Shown here: piece after piece, positions 19,673 through 29,781 of the stretch | How positions within the stretch are numbered: the stretch's first letter is position 1 | How the letters are laid out: each line of letters opens with the position of its first letter | Assembly: GCA_965228735.1 (NCBI GenBank) | Contig: OZ245838.1 | Coordinates: 5,216,001-5,280,000 of the forward strand | DNA: 64,000 nt | DNA from: Planctomycetota bacterium | GTDB taxonomy: Bacteria > Planctomycetota > UBA1135 > UBA2386 | Direction of reading: 5' to 3' | The notes under the pieces: generated by a model | The model's database searches: none | What the model was told of the DNA's origin: nothing | The model's input: only the letters and a program-made list of their open reading frames with translations | Position numbers and translations under genes: made by a program

Positions 19673-20389
19673 ATGAGGAAGAGGGACCCCCGAACCGTGC
19701 GATTCGAGTTCAAGCAGGAACTCGACTGGCTCTTGGATCACTACGATCGGATGCAGACCCACGTCGAGGCGGGGGACCCGAAGCACCGCTTGCACGACCG
19801 GGGGCAGTTGGCGTGCTCGACTTTCATCGCCGCCTTCACCGAGTTCGAGGGTTTCCTGTCGAACCTGTTTCTGGCCTACCTCAACAAGGACTTCTCGGTC
19901 TACCGGACGTGGCTCAAGACTCGCTTCGACACCTCGGTGAAGGGGAAGTTCGGTGTCGGTGTCCTGAGTCGGGCTGCCCTCAAGATCCCCGAGCATGTGA
20001 GCCTCTCGGGCGTCCGAGATATCGTGGACTCCGACGGTTGGAATCTGACCTTCAAGAACGCCGATGCGATGATCGACCGTGCGAAGGAGTGGCTTGCGAC
20101 GCCGCACGCCAACCGAGTCAGTTCCCTCGATGCCCATGACAAGCGCCTCTTCGACACCGCGATTGCGATTCGGAACTACATCGCTCACGGCAGCGACAAC
20201 GCTCACGTCGTGATGAACAAGAAGCTAGCGACGGTGGACGGGGGTGGGCCAAACGCTGGGCTTGGTCGGGGGAGTCGGCAAATCAACGATGCCGGGAAGT
20301 TCTTGAAGAAGCAGGTCTGGTCGCGCGGTGGCGATCGGATGTGCTCCTTCTACTTGGAGCGGTTGGAAGCGATCTCGCAGAAGCTCTGA
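19673..20389 (+). CDS. HEPN-domain protein (putative RNase / defence effector)
   Basis: RNYIAH (RxxxxH) and N-terminal AFTEFEGFL helix typical of HEPN proteins. Confidence 0.7.
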   Translation: MRKRDPRTVRFEFKQELDWLLDHYDRMQTHVEAGDPKHRLHDRGQLACSTFIAAFTEFEGFLSNLFLAYLNKDFSVYRTWLKTRFDTSVKGKFGVGVLSRAALKIPEHVSLSGVRDIVDSDGWNLTFKNADAMIDRAKEWLATPHANRVSSLDAHDKRLFDTAIAIRNYIAHGSDNAHVVMNKKLATVDGGGPNAGLGRGSRQINDAGKFLKKQVWSRGGDRMCSFYLERLEAISQKL

Positions 20390-20431
20390 GCGTGGAGCCA
20401 TGCGGGGCGCAGTCCCCGGTTGTCGGCGTCC

Positions 20432-20525
20432 TCATGCCGCCAACAACCTCTCGATGGCCCCGCGATCGAGCCTCGCGGCGCCCTCTACGAACCGTTCAAT
20501 CCGTGTCCCGTTGGTCCGACCATTC
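20432..20525 (-). repeat. attR-like arm encoding the stranded LSR C-terminal tail (copy 1)
   Basis: Encodes NGRTNGTRIERFVEGAARLDRGAIERLLAA*, in frame with the LSR NGR across TCCGACCATTC. Confidence 0.75.
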
Positions 20526-20619
20526 TCAGATTTGAGCTGTTCGATTTTCGCGATGGTGCGCGAGGGTTCGTTGGCACCGCCTTGGCGGTTAGCTTCCACG
20601 AGGTTCAACGGCTGCTCGC

Positions 20620-21324
20620 TCATACGGATCGAGTGATGCCGCCGTCTACTCGGATGTTCTGTCCGGTGATGTAGCCGCCTCCTTCGGAGGCCAAAAACGC
20701 GATCACGTCGGCGACCTCCTCCGACTTCCCGTAACGCCCCATCGGGATTCGATCCTTGAACTCGGCCTTCTCGGGCAGGCTGTCGATGAACCCGGGGAGG
20801 ACGTTGTTCATGCGGATGTTGTCGGGGGCATACCTGTCAGCAAAGAGTTTCGTGAACGCCGCCAATCCGGCCCGGAAGACTCCCGACGTCGGAAACACCG
20901 GGTCGGGCTCGAACGCCGCAAACGTGGAGATGTTGATGATCGCGCCGCTCCGCTGCTGCTGCATGACCGGTGTCACCAGCCGAGTCGGGCGAACCACGTT
21001 CAGAAAGTAGACTTCCAGTCCGGTGTGCCAGTCCTCGTCGGATAGATCGAGAACCGGTGCTCTTGGGCCGTGCCCGGCGCTGTTCACGAGCACGTCGATT
21101 CGGCCCCATCGCTCGACCGACTCATCGACGAGCCTCTTGAGATCGCTCTCAGACTGATTGGAGCCGGTGACACCGATGCCTCCCAGTTCGGCGGCAAGTG
21201 CCTCGCCCTTGCCGGATGACGAAAGCACTCCGACGTAGAAGCCGTCAGCGGCCAGTCTTCGTGCGGCAGCTGCTCCCATGCCGCTGCCGCCTGCCGTTAT
21301 GATCGCTACCTTGTTGTTACTCAT
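20620..21324 (-). CDS. SDR-family oxidoreductase (atypical active site)
   Basis: TAGGSGMG, DVLVNSAG, NNVLPG, YITGQNIRVDGG; SGVFR in place of YxxxK. Confidence 0.92.
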   Translation of the reverse strand: MSNNKVAIITAGGSGMGAAAARRLAADGFYVGVLSSSGKGEALAAELGGIGVTGSNQSESDLKRLVDESVERWGRIDVLVNSAGHGPRAPVLDLSDEDWHTGLEVYFLNVVRPTRLVTPVMQQQRSGAIINISTFAAFEPDPVFPTSGVFRAGLAAFTKLFADRYAPDNIRMNNVLPGFIDSLPEKAEFKDRIPMGRYGKSEEVADVIAFLASEGGGYITGQNIRVDGGITRSV

Positions 21325-21435
21325 GCTCAGGACTTCGCTTCGAGTTCGGAATCGTCCGTCGGGTGATGCGGACCCTACTCCTTGGCCGTGCCGCAGCAGG
21401 CGACCTGCCGAGCTTTTCTGATCCAGAGGGTTCGG

Positions 21436-21529
21436 TCACGCTGCCAGCAACCTCCCGATGACGGCGCGATCAAGGCGCGCCGCACCAGCCAGGAAGAGTT
21501 CAATCCTCGTCCCGTCTGTCCGACCATTC
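21436..21529 (-). repeat. Second attR-like arm / LSR tail (copy 2)
   Basis: Ungapped 94-bp alignment to 20432-20525 with 22 mismatches (hand count); encodes NGRTDGTRIELFLAGAARLDRAVIGRLLAA*. Confidence 0.75.
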
Positions 21530-21701
21530 ATCTTGCTGTTGGGTAAGAGCTTGAGGCGGAGGTCGGACCCCTGGTGCCGTCGGACCTCTCTGCGTCCGTC
21601 AGTGGGTTCTGGAGCAGCCCCGTGGCGAACTGGCATTGCCGGGCCTTAAGGCGATTCGTCGCGCTGCTTGATCACGGCGAGCTTTGGCCTAGGATGCGGA
21701 T

Positions 21702-22069
21702 ATGCAGATAAGCGCATCTCCAGATGCCACCCTCGCGGCCACGTTCAAGGCGGTTGCTGACCCGACTCGGGTGCGCATCCTCGCGACGATCCTCGCTGCG
21801 GGCGAGCTCTGCGTCTGCCATGTGGAGGCCGCACTCGGGATCACGCAGTCTCGCGCCTCTCGTCACCTCGCCACGCTGCGGCGAGAGGGGCTGATCGTCG
21901 ATCGGCGGGACGGCGCGTGGGTGCACTACAGCGTTCCAGAACCGAGAGATCCGGCTGTTCGGTCCATCCTCGCTGCCGTGCGGGAGTCGGTGAGTACGGA
22001 TCCCGAGGTCCAGGCGGCCGCGGCGCGCGCGGCCTCCTTGCGGGACGGGGACGACTGCGGAGGAATGCG

Positions 22070-22073
<4 letters not shown>
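21702..22073 (+). CDS. arsR: ArsR/SmtB transcriptional repressor
   Basis: [31 protein letters not shown]; heads the acr3 operon. Confidence 0.9.
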
Positions 22074-23202
<1,129 letters not shown>

Positions 23203-23206
<4 letters not shown>

Positions 23207-23850
23207 CCACGGCGTCCGAAGGTCGGAGTTTCGAGGTGCTCGCGGACTACGTCGCAGCCCGCCTCGGAGAGTCGGATCTCATCGCTGCCACGCGCCAGGA
23301 AGAGCTCATGACGCTCGTCGAGACGATCGCGACACAGCTCGACATGCACGGCGCCGTGGACCTGGTCTTCATCTGCACGCACAACTCGCGTCGCAGCCAG
23401 TTCGGCCAGGTGTGGGCGGCGCTTGCGGCCGAACACTTCGCCGTGGCCGGGGTGCGCACCTGGTCGGGCGGGACGGAGGTCACGGCCTTCGCGCCACCCG
23501 CCGTCTCGGCGCTCGCCCGCGCCGGGCTGCAGGTCGAGAAGGAGACGGAGGGATCGAACCCGATCTACCTGGTCGAGCCGGGCCAGGCTCGGGCTCCGAT
23601 GCGGTGCTGGTCGAAGCGGTTCGACGACTCCCCGAACCCCAACACCAACTTCGTGGCGGTCATGACCTGTTCGACGGCTCATGAAGCGTGTCCTTTGGTC
23701 CGTGGTGCGGCGCACCGGGTGGCGATCACCTACGAGGACCCGAAACTCCATGATGGGAGTCCACGCGAAGCGGCTACGCACGACGAACGATGCCGGCAGA
23801 TCGCGCGTGAGATGCTGTTCGTGTTCGAGCGGCTGGCTGCGAGTCGCTGA
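23203..23850 (+). CDS. LMW-PTP-type arsenate reductase-like protein
   Basis: [12 protein letters not shown]-loop, TCS..EACP, YEDPK; located in the ars operon. Confidence 0.85.
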
Positions 23851-24106
23851 CGCTGCGCTCGATGACCGCCGGCTCGGCTGGTCACGGCCGCTCTCGCGTG
23901 GTCGCGCGACTACCACGAAACACGCGAGAGCCTGGGAGATCAGGGGCGACCGGTTGCGACTCCAGGCGAGGACGTCAACCTCTGTGGACACCTCAGCTCC
24001 GTCTGCTTCGACGAGATGCGGCAACAGTCAGACCGCGTCCCCGGACGCTTGCTTCGGCTCACCCGCGGCACCCCGCGCCTGCGGCACGTCGGCCATGCCG
24101 TGAGTC

Positions 24107-24982
24107 TCAACGGGGACGAACGGTCGGGGCTTCGTCGCGGTCGCTGTGGTTCGTCAATTGACGGCGCGCCGACCCGTCCGCATTCATCACCCAGATATCG
24201 TAGTCATGGGGTCCGGTGCCGGCGCAGTAGACGAGGCGGGTCCCGTCGTCCGTCCAGCCTGGTTGGTAGCACTCGATGGCGTCTTGCGTGATGTTCTCGA
24301 GGTTGCTGCCGTCGACTTCGACGCGGAAGATGTCGAACGTCTCGCCGACGCTGCCGTGGAACGCGATGTGGCGGCCGTCGGGGGACCAGGATGGCGCGCC
24401 GTCGAAACCCGGGCGCTGCGTGATGCGTCGATCGGTCGCCGTCGCGAGGTCGTGGATGAAGATCTCCCCATCTCCCTTGCCCTTGGCGCCGCCGACCATG
24501 CGCGCGAACACGAGGCATTCGCCGTCCGGCGACCATTCGGGAGACTCTTCGTAGACCGTGTTGTTCGTCAACCGCTGCACGTCACTGCCATCGGCGTTCA
24601 TCAAGTAGATCTCGCGCGACTCGTGGTCGCGATCCGAGACGAACGCGAGCCGTCGTCCATCGGGGGACCACGCCGGTTGGCCGTCGTTGCCGGGATGCCT
24701 GGTCACGTTGACCACGTTGCTCCCGTCCGAAGCCATGATGAAGACCTCGTTGTTGCCTGTCCGCGTGGACGTGAACGCGATGCGCGTGCCGTCGGGCGAC
24801 CAAGCCGGTTGGCGGTCGAGCTTCGGATGATGCGTCAAGTTGCGGAACGACCCGTCGGTTCCGGCCCGGACGTAGATCTCATGGTTGCCATCGCGCGTCG
24901 TCACGAACGCCAGGTCCCGCAGGCCGGTGGTCGCGCACGAGCCGAGGAGCGCCAGGAGAGACAGGAGCAGGAGATGTCGCAT
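24107..24982 (-). CDS. TolB-like PD40 beta-propeller lipoprotein
   Basis: Lipobox LLGSC; repeated PAWSPDG..IAF. Confidence 0.88.
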   Translation of the reverse strand: MRHLLLLSLLALLGSCATTGLRDLAFVTTRDGNHEIYVRAGTDGSFRNLTHHPKLDRQPAWSPDGTRIAFTSTRTGNNEVFIMASDGSNVVNVTRHPGNDGQPAWSPDGRRLAFVSDRDHESREIYLMNADGSDVQRLTNNTVYEESPEWSPDGECLVFARMVGGAKGKGDGEIFIHDLATATDRRITQRPGFDGAPSWSPDGRHIAFHGSVGETFDIFRVEVDGSNLENITQDAIECYQPGWTDDGTRLVYCAGTGPHDYDIWVMNADGSARRQLTNHSDRDEAPTVRPR

Positions 24983-25170
24983 GTGCTGTGGAGGCGCCCG
25001 GAGGACGCGGAGTCGACAACGGTAACGTGCGGTCTCGATGCGGAGAGACTCTCGTCGCGATTCGGCGAATACTCACGTTGCCAGCGGCAGGCCCCTGCGC
25101 TGAAGGATCGACCCAGCGAGCTGCCTGGCCGCGGCCACCGGACTCGAGTGCCGCGGGGCTCGATTCGAAC

Positions 25171-25719
25171 TCAGTCCCTCGCGCTGCCGTCGAGCCGGGC
25201 AAGCAGCTCTCGTGCGGCCGGGGCGTCGAGGCGTGATGCGTTCTCCCTGGCATTGCGCTCCGCGATGCGCTGTCCGGCCCTTACCAGGTCCAGCGCCGCG
25301 TCGAGGTCCGCACGCACGGAGGCCTTGATGTGCTCGCGACACGCCCGCAGGCGAGACTCGGCGTCGCGAGCGAGGAGTGTGACCGCGACGGGCGCCGCCG
25401 TCGCCTCGCGCCAGGCATCGCGGACCCGGAGCCCGCGCTGGGCGTCGCCTCGAGGAAGACGGAGGGCTTCGAGCAACTCGCCGAAGACGGCGCAATCGGC
25501 CCCGAACGCTGGCAGCAGACCCTGGAGCAGGTCATCGAGCTGCCTGCGAGCCTGATCCAGGTGGTCGCCGGCGTTCGAGATGTCGATCACCTTGAGCCCG
25601 AGCCCAACGCCCATGGTGATGGAAACAACGGCAGCGGCGCCACCCGCGGGCAACGACTGGTTGCCAGCGAACGCCGCAGCGAGCCTGCGGAAGGCCGCGT
25701 CGACTTCTGATTCGATCAT
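25171..25719 (-). CDS. Formiminotransferase-cyclodeaminase C-terminal (cyclodeaminase/cyclohydrolase) family protein
   Basis: PAGGAAA..MGVGL, D..F..L..A..LP, A.AAP and ADL.AA patterns. Confidence 0.7.
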   Translation of the reverse strand: MIESEVDAAFRRLAAAFAGNQSLPAGGAAAVVSITMGVGLGLKVIDISNAGDHLDQARRQLDDLLQGLLPAFGADCAVFGELLEALRLPRGDAQRGLRVRDAWREATAAPVAVTLLARDAESRLRACREHIKASVRADLDAALDLVRAGQRIAERNARENASRLDAPAARELLARLDGSARD

Positions 25720-25859
25720 TCCGGCAGCAATGTGGGTTGCGTCCAACGGTTGAGGTGCCCGCTCGCGATGGCAAGCGAATTACTGCACTCCTTGCCGAGC
25801 CCGGACCGCCGCGGGCCCGGCCTCTGTTCGCCACCTCCGTGAGGTTCTACCGTGGACGG

Positions 25860-27551
25860 ATGCGCCGGGTCCTGTTCAGCGTGTTGGTGGCATGCGCCAA
25901 CGTTCCCGCCCAAGATCGCATCAGCGGTCGCGCGTTCGCGACGCGTTCACCCGTGCTCGCGAAGAACGCGATGGCCGCAACGAGTCACCCGCTCGCGACG
26001 CAGATCGCGCTCGACGTCATGCGGCAGGGCGGCAACGCGATCGACGCGGCGATCGCGGCCAATGCCGCGCTCGGCCTCATGGAGCCGACGGGTTGTGGCA
26101 TCGGCGGTGATCTGTTCGCGATCGTCTGGGACAGCAAGACATCTCGTCTCTACGGCCTCAACGGGAGCGGGCGGTCGCCGCGGTCGCTCACGGCTGCGGA
26201 GTTCGAGGAGCGCGGGCTCGAACGCATCCCGAAGTACGGACCGCTCCCCGTCAGCGTGCCGGGCTGCGTCGACGGCTGGTTCGAACTGCACGAACGCTTC
26301 GGCTCGCTGCCGATCGCCGATGTGCTCGCGCCGGCGATCGGGTATGCGCGCGACGGCTTCCCGGTCACGCAGCTGATCGCGCACTACTGGAACCTGTCGG
26401 CGCCGCGATTGTCGCAGTATCCGGGCTTCGCGGAGCAGATGACGATCGACGGGCGGGCGCCGCGCGAGGGCGAGCTCTGGCGCAACGTCAATCTCGCCCG
26501 CACGTACGAGCGGCTCGCCGAAGGCGGTCGCGACGCGTTCTACCGCGGTGACATCGCGCGCGAGATCGCCGCGTTCATGGCGGAGCACGGCGGCTACCTG
26601 ACGTTCGAGGACCTCGACGCGCACCGCTCGGAATGGGTCGAGCCGGTCTCCGTCGACTACCGCGGCTATCGCCTCTGGGAGCTGCCGCCGAACGGCCAGG
26701 GCATCGCGGCGCTGCAGATCCTCGGGATCCTCGAAGGCTTCGACATCGGCGCGATGGGGTTCGGCAGCGTCGATCACGTGCACCACTTCGTCGAGGCCAA
26801 GAAGCTCGCGTTCGAGGACCGCGCGCGGTTCTACGCGGACCCGACGTTCGGCGAGGTCCCGGTCGAGCAGCTGATCAGCGAGGGCTACGCGAAGAAGCGG
26901 CGCGCGCGGATCGATCCGGAGCGCGCGGGGCGCAGCTACCCGCCCGGCAATCCCGCGCTCGAGAAGGGCGACACGATCTACCTCTGCACGGCGGACCAAC
27001 ACGGCAACATGGTGTCGCTGATCCAGAGCAACTACCGCGGGATGGGCAGCGGGATGACGCCGACGGGTCTCGGCTTCGTGCTGCAGGATCGCGGCGAGCT
27101 GTTCGATCTGACACCCGGGCGGCCCAACAGCTACGCGCCGGGCAAGCGCCCGTTCCACACGATCATCCCCGCGTTCCTGACCAAGGACGGCGCACCGCTG
27201 TTCGCGTTCGGGGTCATGGGCGGCGCCACGCAGCCGCAGGCCCACGCGCAGGTCGTGATGAACCTCGTCGACTTCGGGATGAACGTGCAGGAAGCGGGCG
27301 ACGCGCCGCGCATCCTGCATTCGGGTTCGTCGCAGCCGACCGGTGAACGCATGGACGACGGCGGCATCGTGCAGCTCGAGTCGGGGATGACCCAGTGGGA
27401 GGTCGTGCGGGCGTTGATCGGTCGCGGGCACGACGTGCGCTGGAATCGGGGGTCGTACGGCGGCTACCAGGGGATCTGGCGCGACCCGACGACCGGCGTC
27501 TACCGCGGCGCTTCGGAGTCGAGGAAAGACGGGCAGGCGGCGGGGTTCTGA
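25860..27551 (+). CDS. ggt: Gamma-glutamyltransferase
   Basis: GGNAIDAAIA, GIGGDLF, ELPPNGQG, catalytic DTIYL, KRPFHTIIP, GVMGG. Confidence 0.95.
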   Translation: MRRVLFSVLVACANVPAQDRISGRAFATRSPVLAKNAMAATSHPLATQIALDVMRQGGNAIDAAIAANAALGLMEPTGCGIGGDLFAIVWDSKTSRLYGLNGSGRSPRSLTAAEFEERGLERIPKYGPLPVSVPGCVDGWFELHERFGSLPIADVLAPAIGYARDGFPVTQLIAHYWNLSAPRLSQYPGFAEQMTIDGRAPREGELWRNVNLARTYERLAEGGRDAFYRGDIAREIAAFMAEHGGYLTFEDLDAHRSEWVEPVSVDYRGYRLWELPPNGQGIAALQILGILEGFDIGAMGFGSVDHVHHFVEAKKLAFEDRARFYADPTFGEVPVEQLISEGYAKKRRARIDPERAGRSYPPGNPALEKGDTIYLCTADQHGNMVSLIQSNYRGMGSGMTPTGLGFVLQDRGELFDLTPGRPNSYAPGKRPFHTIIPAFLTKDGAPLFAFGVMGGATQPQAHAQVVMNLVDFGMNVQEAGDAPRILHSGSSQPTGERMDDGGIVQLESGMTQWEVVRALIGRGHDVRWNRGSYGGYQGIWRDPTTGVYRGASESRKDGQAAGF

Positions 27552-27598
27552 AGGGTGAGTTTGGTGGAATGGACTGCCGGTATCGTCGTCACAACGGC

Positions 27599-27900
27599 AT
27601 GAAGCGCCTGCTCTCCGCGTTGCTGCTCTGCGCAGCCTGCGCCACACCCGCCATCGACCGCGCAGAAGGGGCCGATGGCGGAGGCGGCCTGCGCTCCAGG
27701 TCGTCAGGCTCGAGCATGCTCGCGCCGCGGCCGTGGCCGAGGGGCTGCGCGCGGCCCCGATCACGCAACCGGCGAGCGCCGCCGGCTTCCGGGTCGCCGT
27801 GGATCCGGATCAGAACGCCGTGGTCCTCAGTGGCTCGGCCGAGCAGATTCAGGAGGCCATGGCGATCGTGGCTCGGCTCGACGCCCAATCCGGGCGCTAG
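27599..27900 (+). pseudogene. Frameshifted small lipoprotein with one Secretin_N (NolW-like) domain
   Basis: [14 protein letters not shown] signal in one frame; [16 protein letters not shown]...[30 protein letters not shown] in the -1 frame with no ATG of its own upstream of the domain. Confidence 0.6.
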
Positions 27901-28064
27901 CGCGGCGGGCGGCGCGCCAACGCCAGGCCCTGCCAGGAATGTGGTTGGATTCGACGTGGTCAAGGCCCAGTTGCCTGGGCGTTGCGCGACCGCTCTGCTG
28001 TCGGGCTCTCTGCTGTCGGGCTATGGGGGCGATCAGCCGATCGTCACCGGATCCTTCATCGCTC

Positions 28065-29534
28065 GTGACCATCCCGTTCGACAATTCGTACGCGCGTCTG
28101 CCGGAGCGCTTCTATGCCCGGCTCGCGCCGACGGCGGTGAGCGATCCCGGGCTGATCCAGGTGAACACCGCGTTGGCCGCCGAGCTCGGCCTCGATGCGA
28201 CCTGGCTCGCGAGCGCCGACGGCGTGGCCGCGCTCGCCGGCAATCACGTTCCCGCGGGGGCCGAGCCGCTCGCGCAGGCCTACGCGGGCCATCAGTTCGG
28301 CGGTTTCGTACCGCAGCTCGGTGACGGGCGCGCGATCCTGCTCGGCGAGGTCGTCGATCAGAGCGGGCAACGGCGGGATGTGCAGCTCAAGGGTGCGGGC
28401 CCCACACCGTTCTCGCGTGGCGGCGATGGCCGGAACTGGATCGGGCCCGTGCTGCGGGAGTACGTGTTGAGCGAGGCGATGCACGCGCTCGCCGTGCCGA
28501 CGACGCGCGCGTTGGCGGCCGTCACGACGGGCGACGTGGTGTATCGCGAACGGCCCGTGCCCGGCGCGGTGTTGACACGCGTCGCGAGCTCGCACGTTCG
28601 AGTCGGCACGTTCCAGTTCTTCGCGGCGAGGCGGGACAAGGAAGCGCTGCAGGCGTTGTTCGAGTTCGTCGTCGCGCGGCACTACCCCGACGTCGGGACA
28701 CCGCTCGAGTTCGTCGAGGCGGTGGTCGAACGGCAGGCGCGGCTCGTGGCCAGGTGGCTCGGGCTCGGGTTCATCCACGGGGTGATGAACACCGACAACG
28801 TCGCCGTCAGCGGCGAGACGATCGACTACGGGCCGTGCGCGTTCCTCGACGCGTTCCACCCGCTGAAGGTCTACTCCTCGATCGATCGCAACGGCCGCTA
28901 CGCCTACGGCCGACAGCCCGAGGTGATGGTCTGGAACCTCGCGCAGCTGCTGTCCGCGCTGCTGCCGCTGATCGACGACGACGAAGATGTGGCAGTGGCG
29001 GCTGCCACGCCCGTCGTCGAACGCGCGCCGGCCGCGATGGATGCGGCCTGGCTCGCGGAGTTCCGGCGCAAGCTCGGGCTCGTCGTGGTCGAGGGCACGA
29101 GCGATCTGGCGCACGACGATGCCGTGCTGATTCGTGCGTTGCTGAACGTGATGTCGACCGCCGAGGCGGACTTCACCAACACGTTCCGGGCGCTGCCGGA
29201 CCGGGCCGCGGCGAAGGCGCACTTCAGCAAGTCATCGACGGAGGTCGTCACCGAGTTCGATCGCTGGTTCGACCAGTGGACGCAGCGACTGCGGGCGCAG
29301 GGCGACGATCCGGAGGCGATCCGGTCGCGTCTGCATGCGACCAACCCGCGGGTCATCCCGCGGAACCACCGGGTCGAAGCCGCGATCCAGGCCGGACTCG
29401 ACGGCGACTTCGCGGTGTTCGAACGCCTCCTCGGAGTCTGCACCCGGCCGTTCGCGAACGACCCGGACTCCGAGGATCTCGAGCTGCCGCCGCAGCCCCA
29501 CGAGGTGGTGACGCAGACGTTCTGCGGCACGTGA
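28065..29534 (+). CDS. selO: Protein adenylyltransferase SelO/YdiU
   Basis: [43 protein letters not shown]-terminal TFCGT. Confidence 0.93.
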   Translation: MTIPFDNSYARLPERFYARLAPTAVSDPGLIQVNTALAAELGLDATWLASADGVAALAGNHVPAGAEPLAQAYAGHQFGGFVPQLGDGRAILLGEVVDQSGQRRDVQLKGAGPTPFSRGGDGRNWIGPVLREYVLSEAMHALAVPTTRALAAVTTGDVVYRERPVPGAVLTRVASSHVRVGTFQFFAARRDKEALQALFEFVVARHYPDVGTPLEFVEAVVERQARLVARWLGLGFIHGVMNTDNVAVSGETIDYGPCAFLDAFHPLKVYSSIDRNGRYAYGRQPEVMVWNLAQLLSALLPLIDDDEDVAVAAATPVVERAPAAMDAAWLAEFRRKLGLVVVEGTSDLAHDDAVLIRALLNVMSTAEADFTNTFRALPDRAAAKAHFSKSSTEVVTEFDRWFDQWTQRLRAQGDDPEAIRSRLHATNPRVIPRNHRVEAAIQAGLDGDFAVFERLLGVCTRPFANDPDSEDLELPPQPHEVVTQTFCGT

Positions 29535-29781
29535 CCCGTCTCGGACAAGCCGCTTCGGATAAGGTCCTCCAGGTTTGTTGGCGAATTCGCAAGTGATTGT
29601 GCGGCAGCGTTTAAGGGCCTTCGCCTCAGGTGTGTTGGGCGGCCTCTCTTAAGGTGCGGGCGTACTCGAGGTGAGCTCCCGCCCGGGTAGCTCAGCGTCG
29701 CGGCCGCGGGTCCCCTCCGGCGGTCGCGGCGCCCTTCATCACCCGGTTTCGCCGTTCCCCACGAGATGCCGGATGGGCGAG

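Larger units (their letters stand above)
6912..20525. mobile_element. Serine-recombinase integrative element (~13.6 kb) bounded by the direct repeat TCCGACCATTC
   Basis: Repeat at 6912-6922 and 20515-20525; LSR gene reads into the left repeat; its in-frame missing tail abuts the right repeat; cargo of R-M, ParA, tyrosine recombinase, Rep-like and HEPN genes. Confidence 0.8.

Noticed and set aside
25947..27764. Long antisense ORF opposite ggt (likewise 41324-43378, 44602-47337, 47341-49518, 58536-60575, 60995-63385)
   Set aside because: Stop-poor shadow frames expected at this GC content, opposite well-supported genes
29535..29700. ncRNA or riboswitch in the AT-richer gap after selO
   Set aside because: Only short palindromes; no family motif I can support
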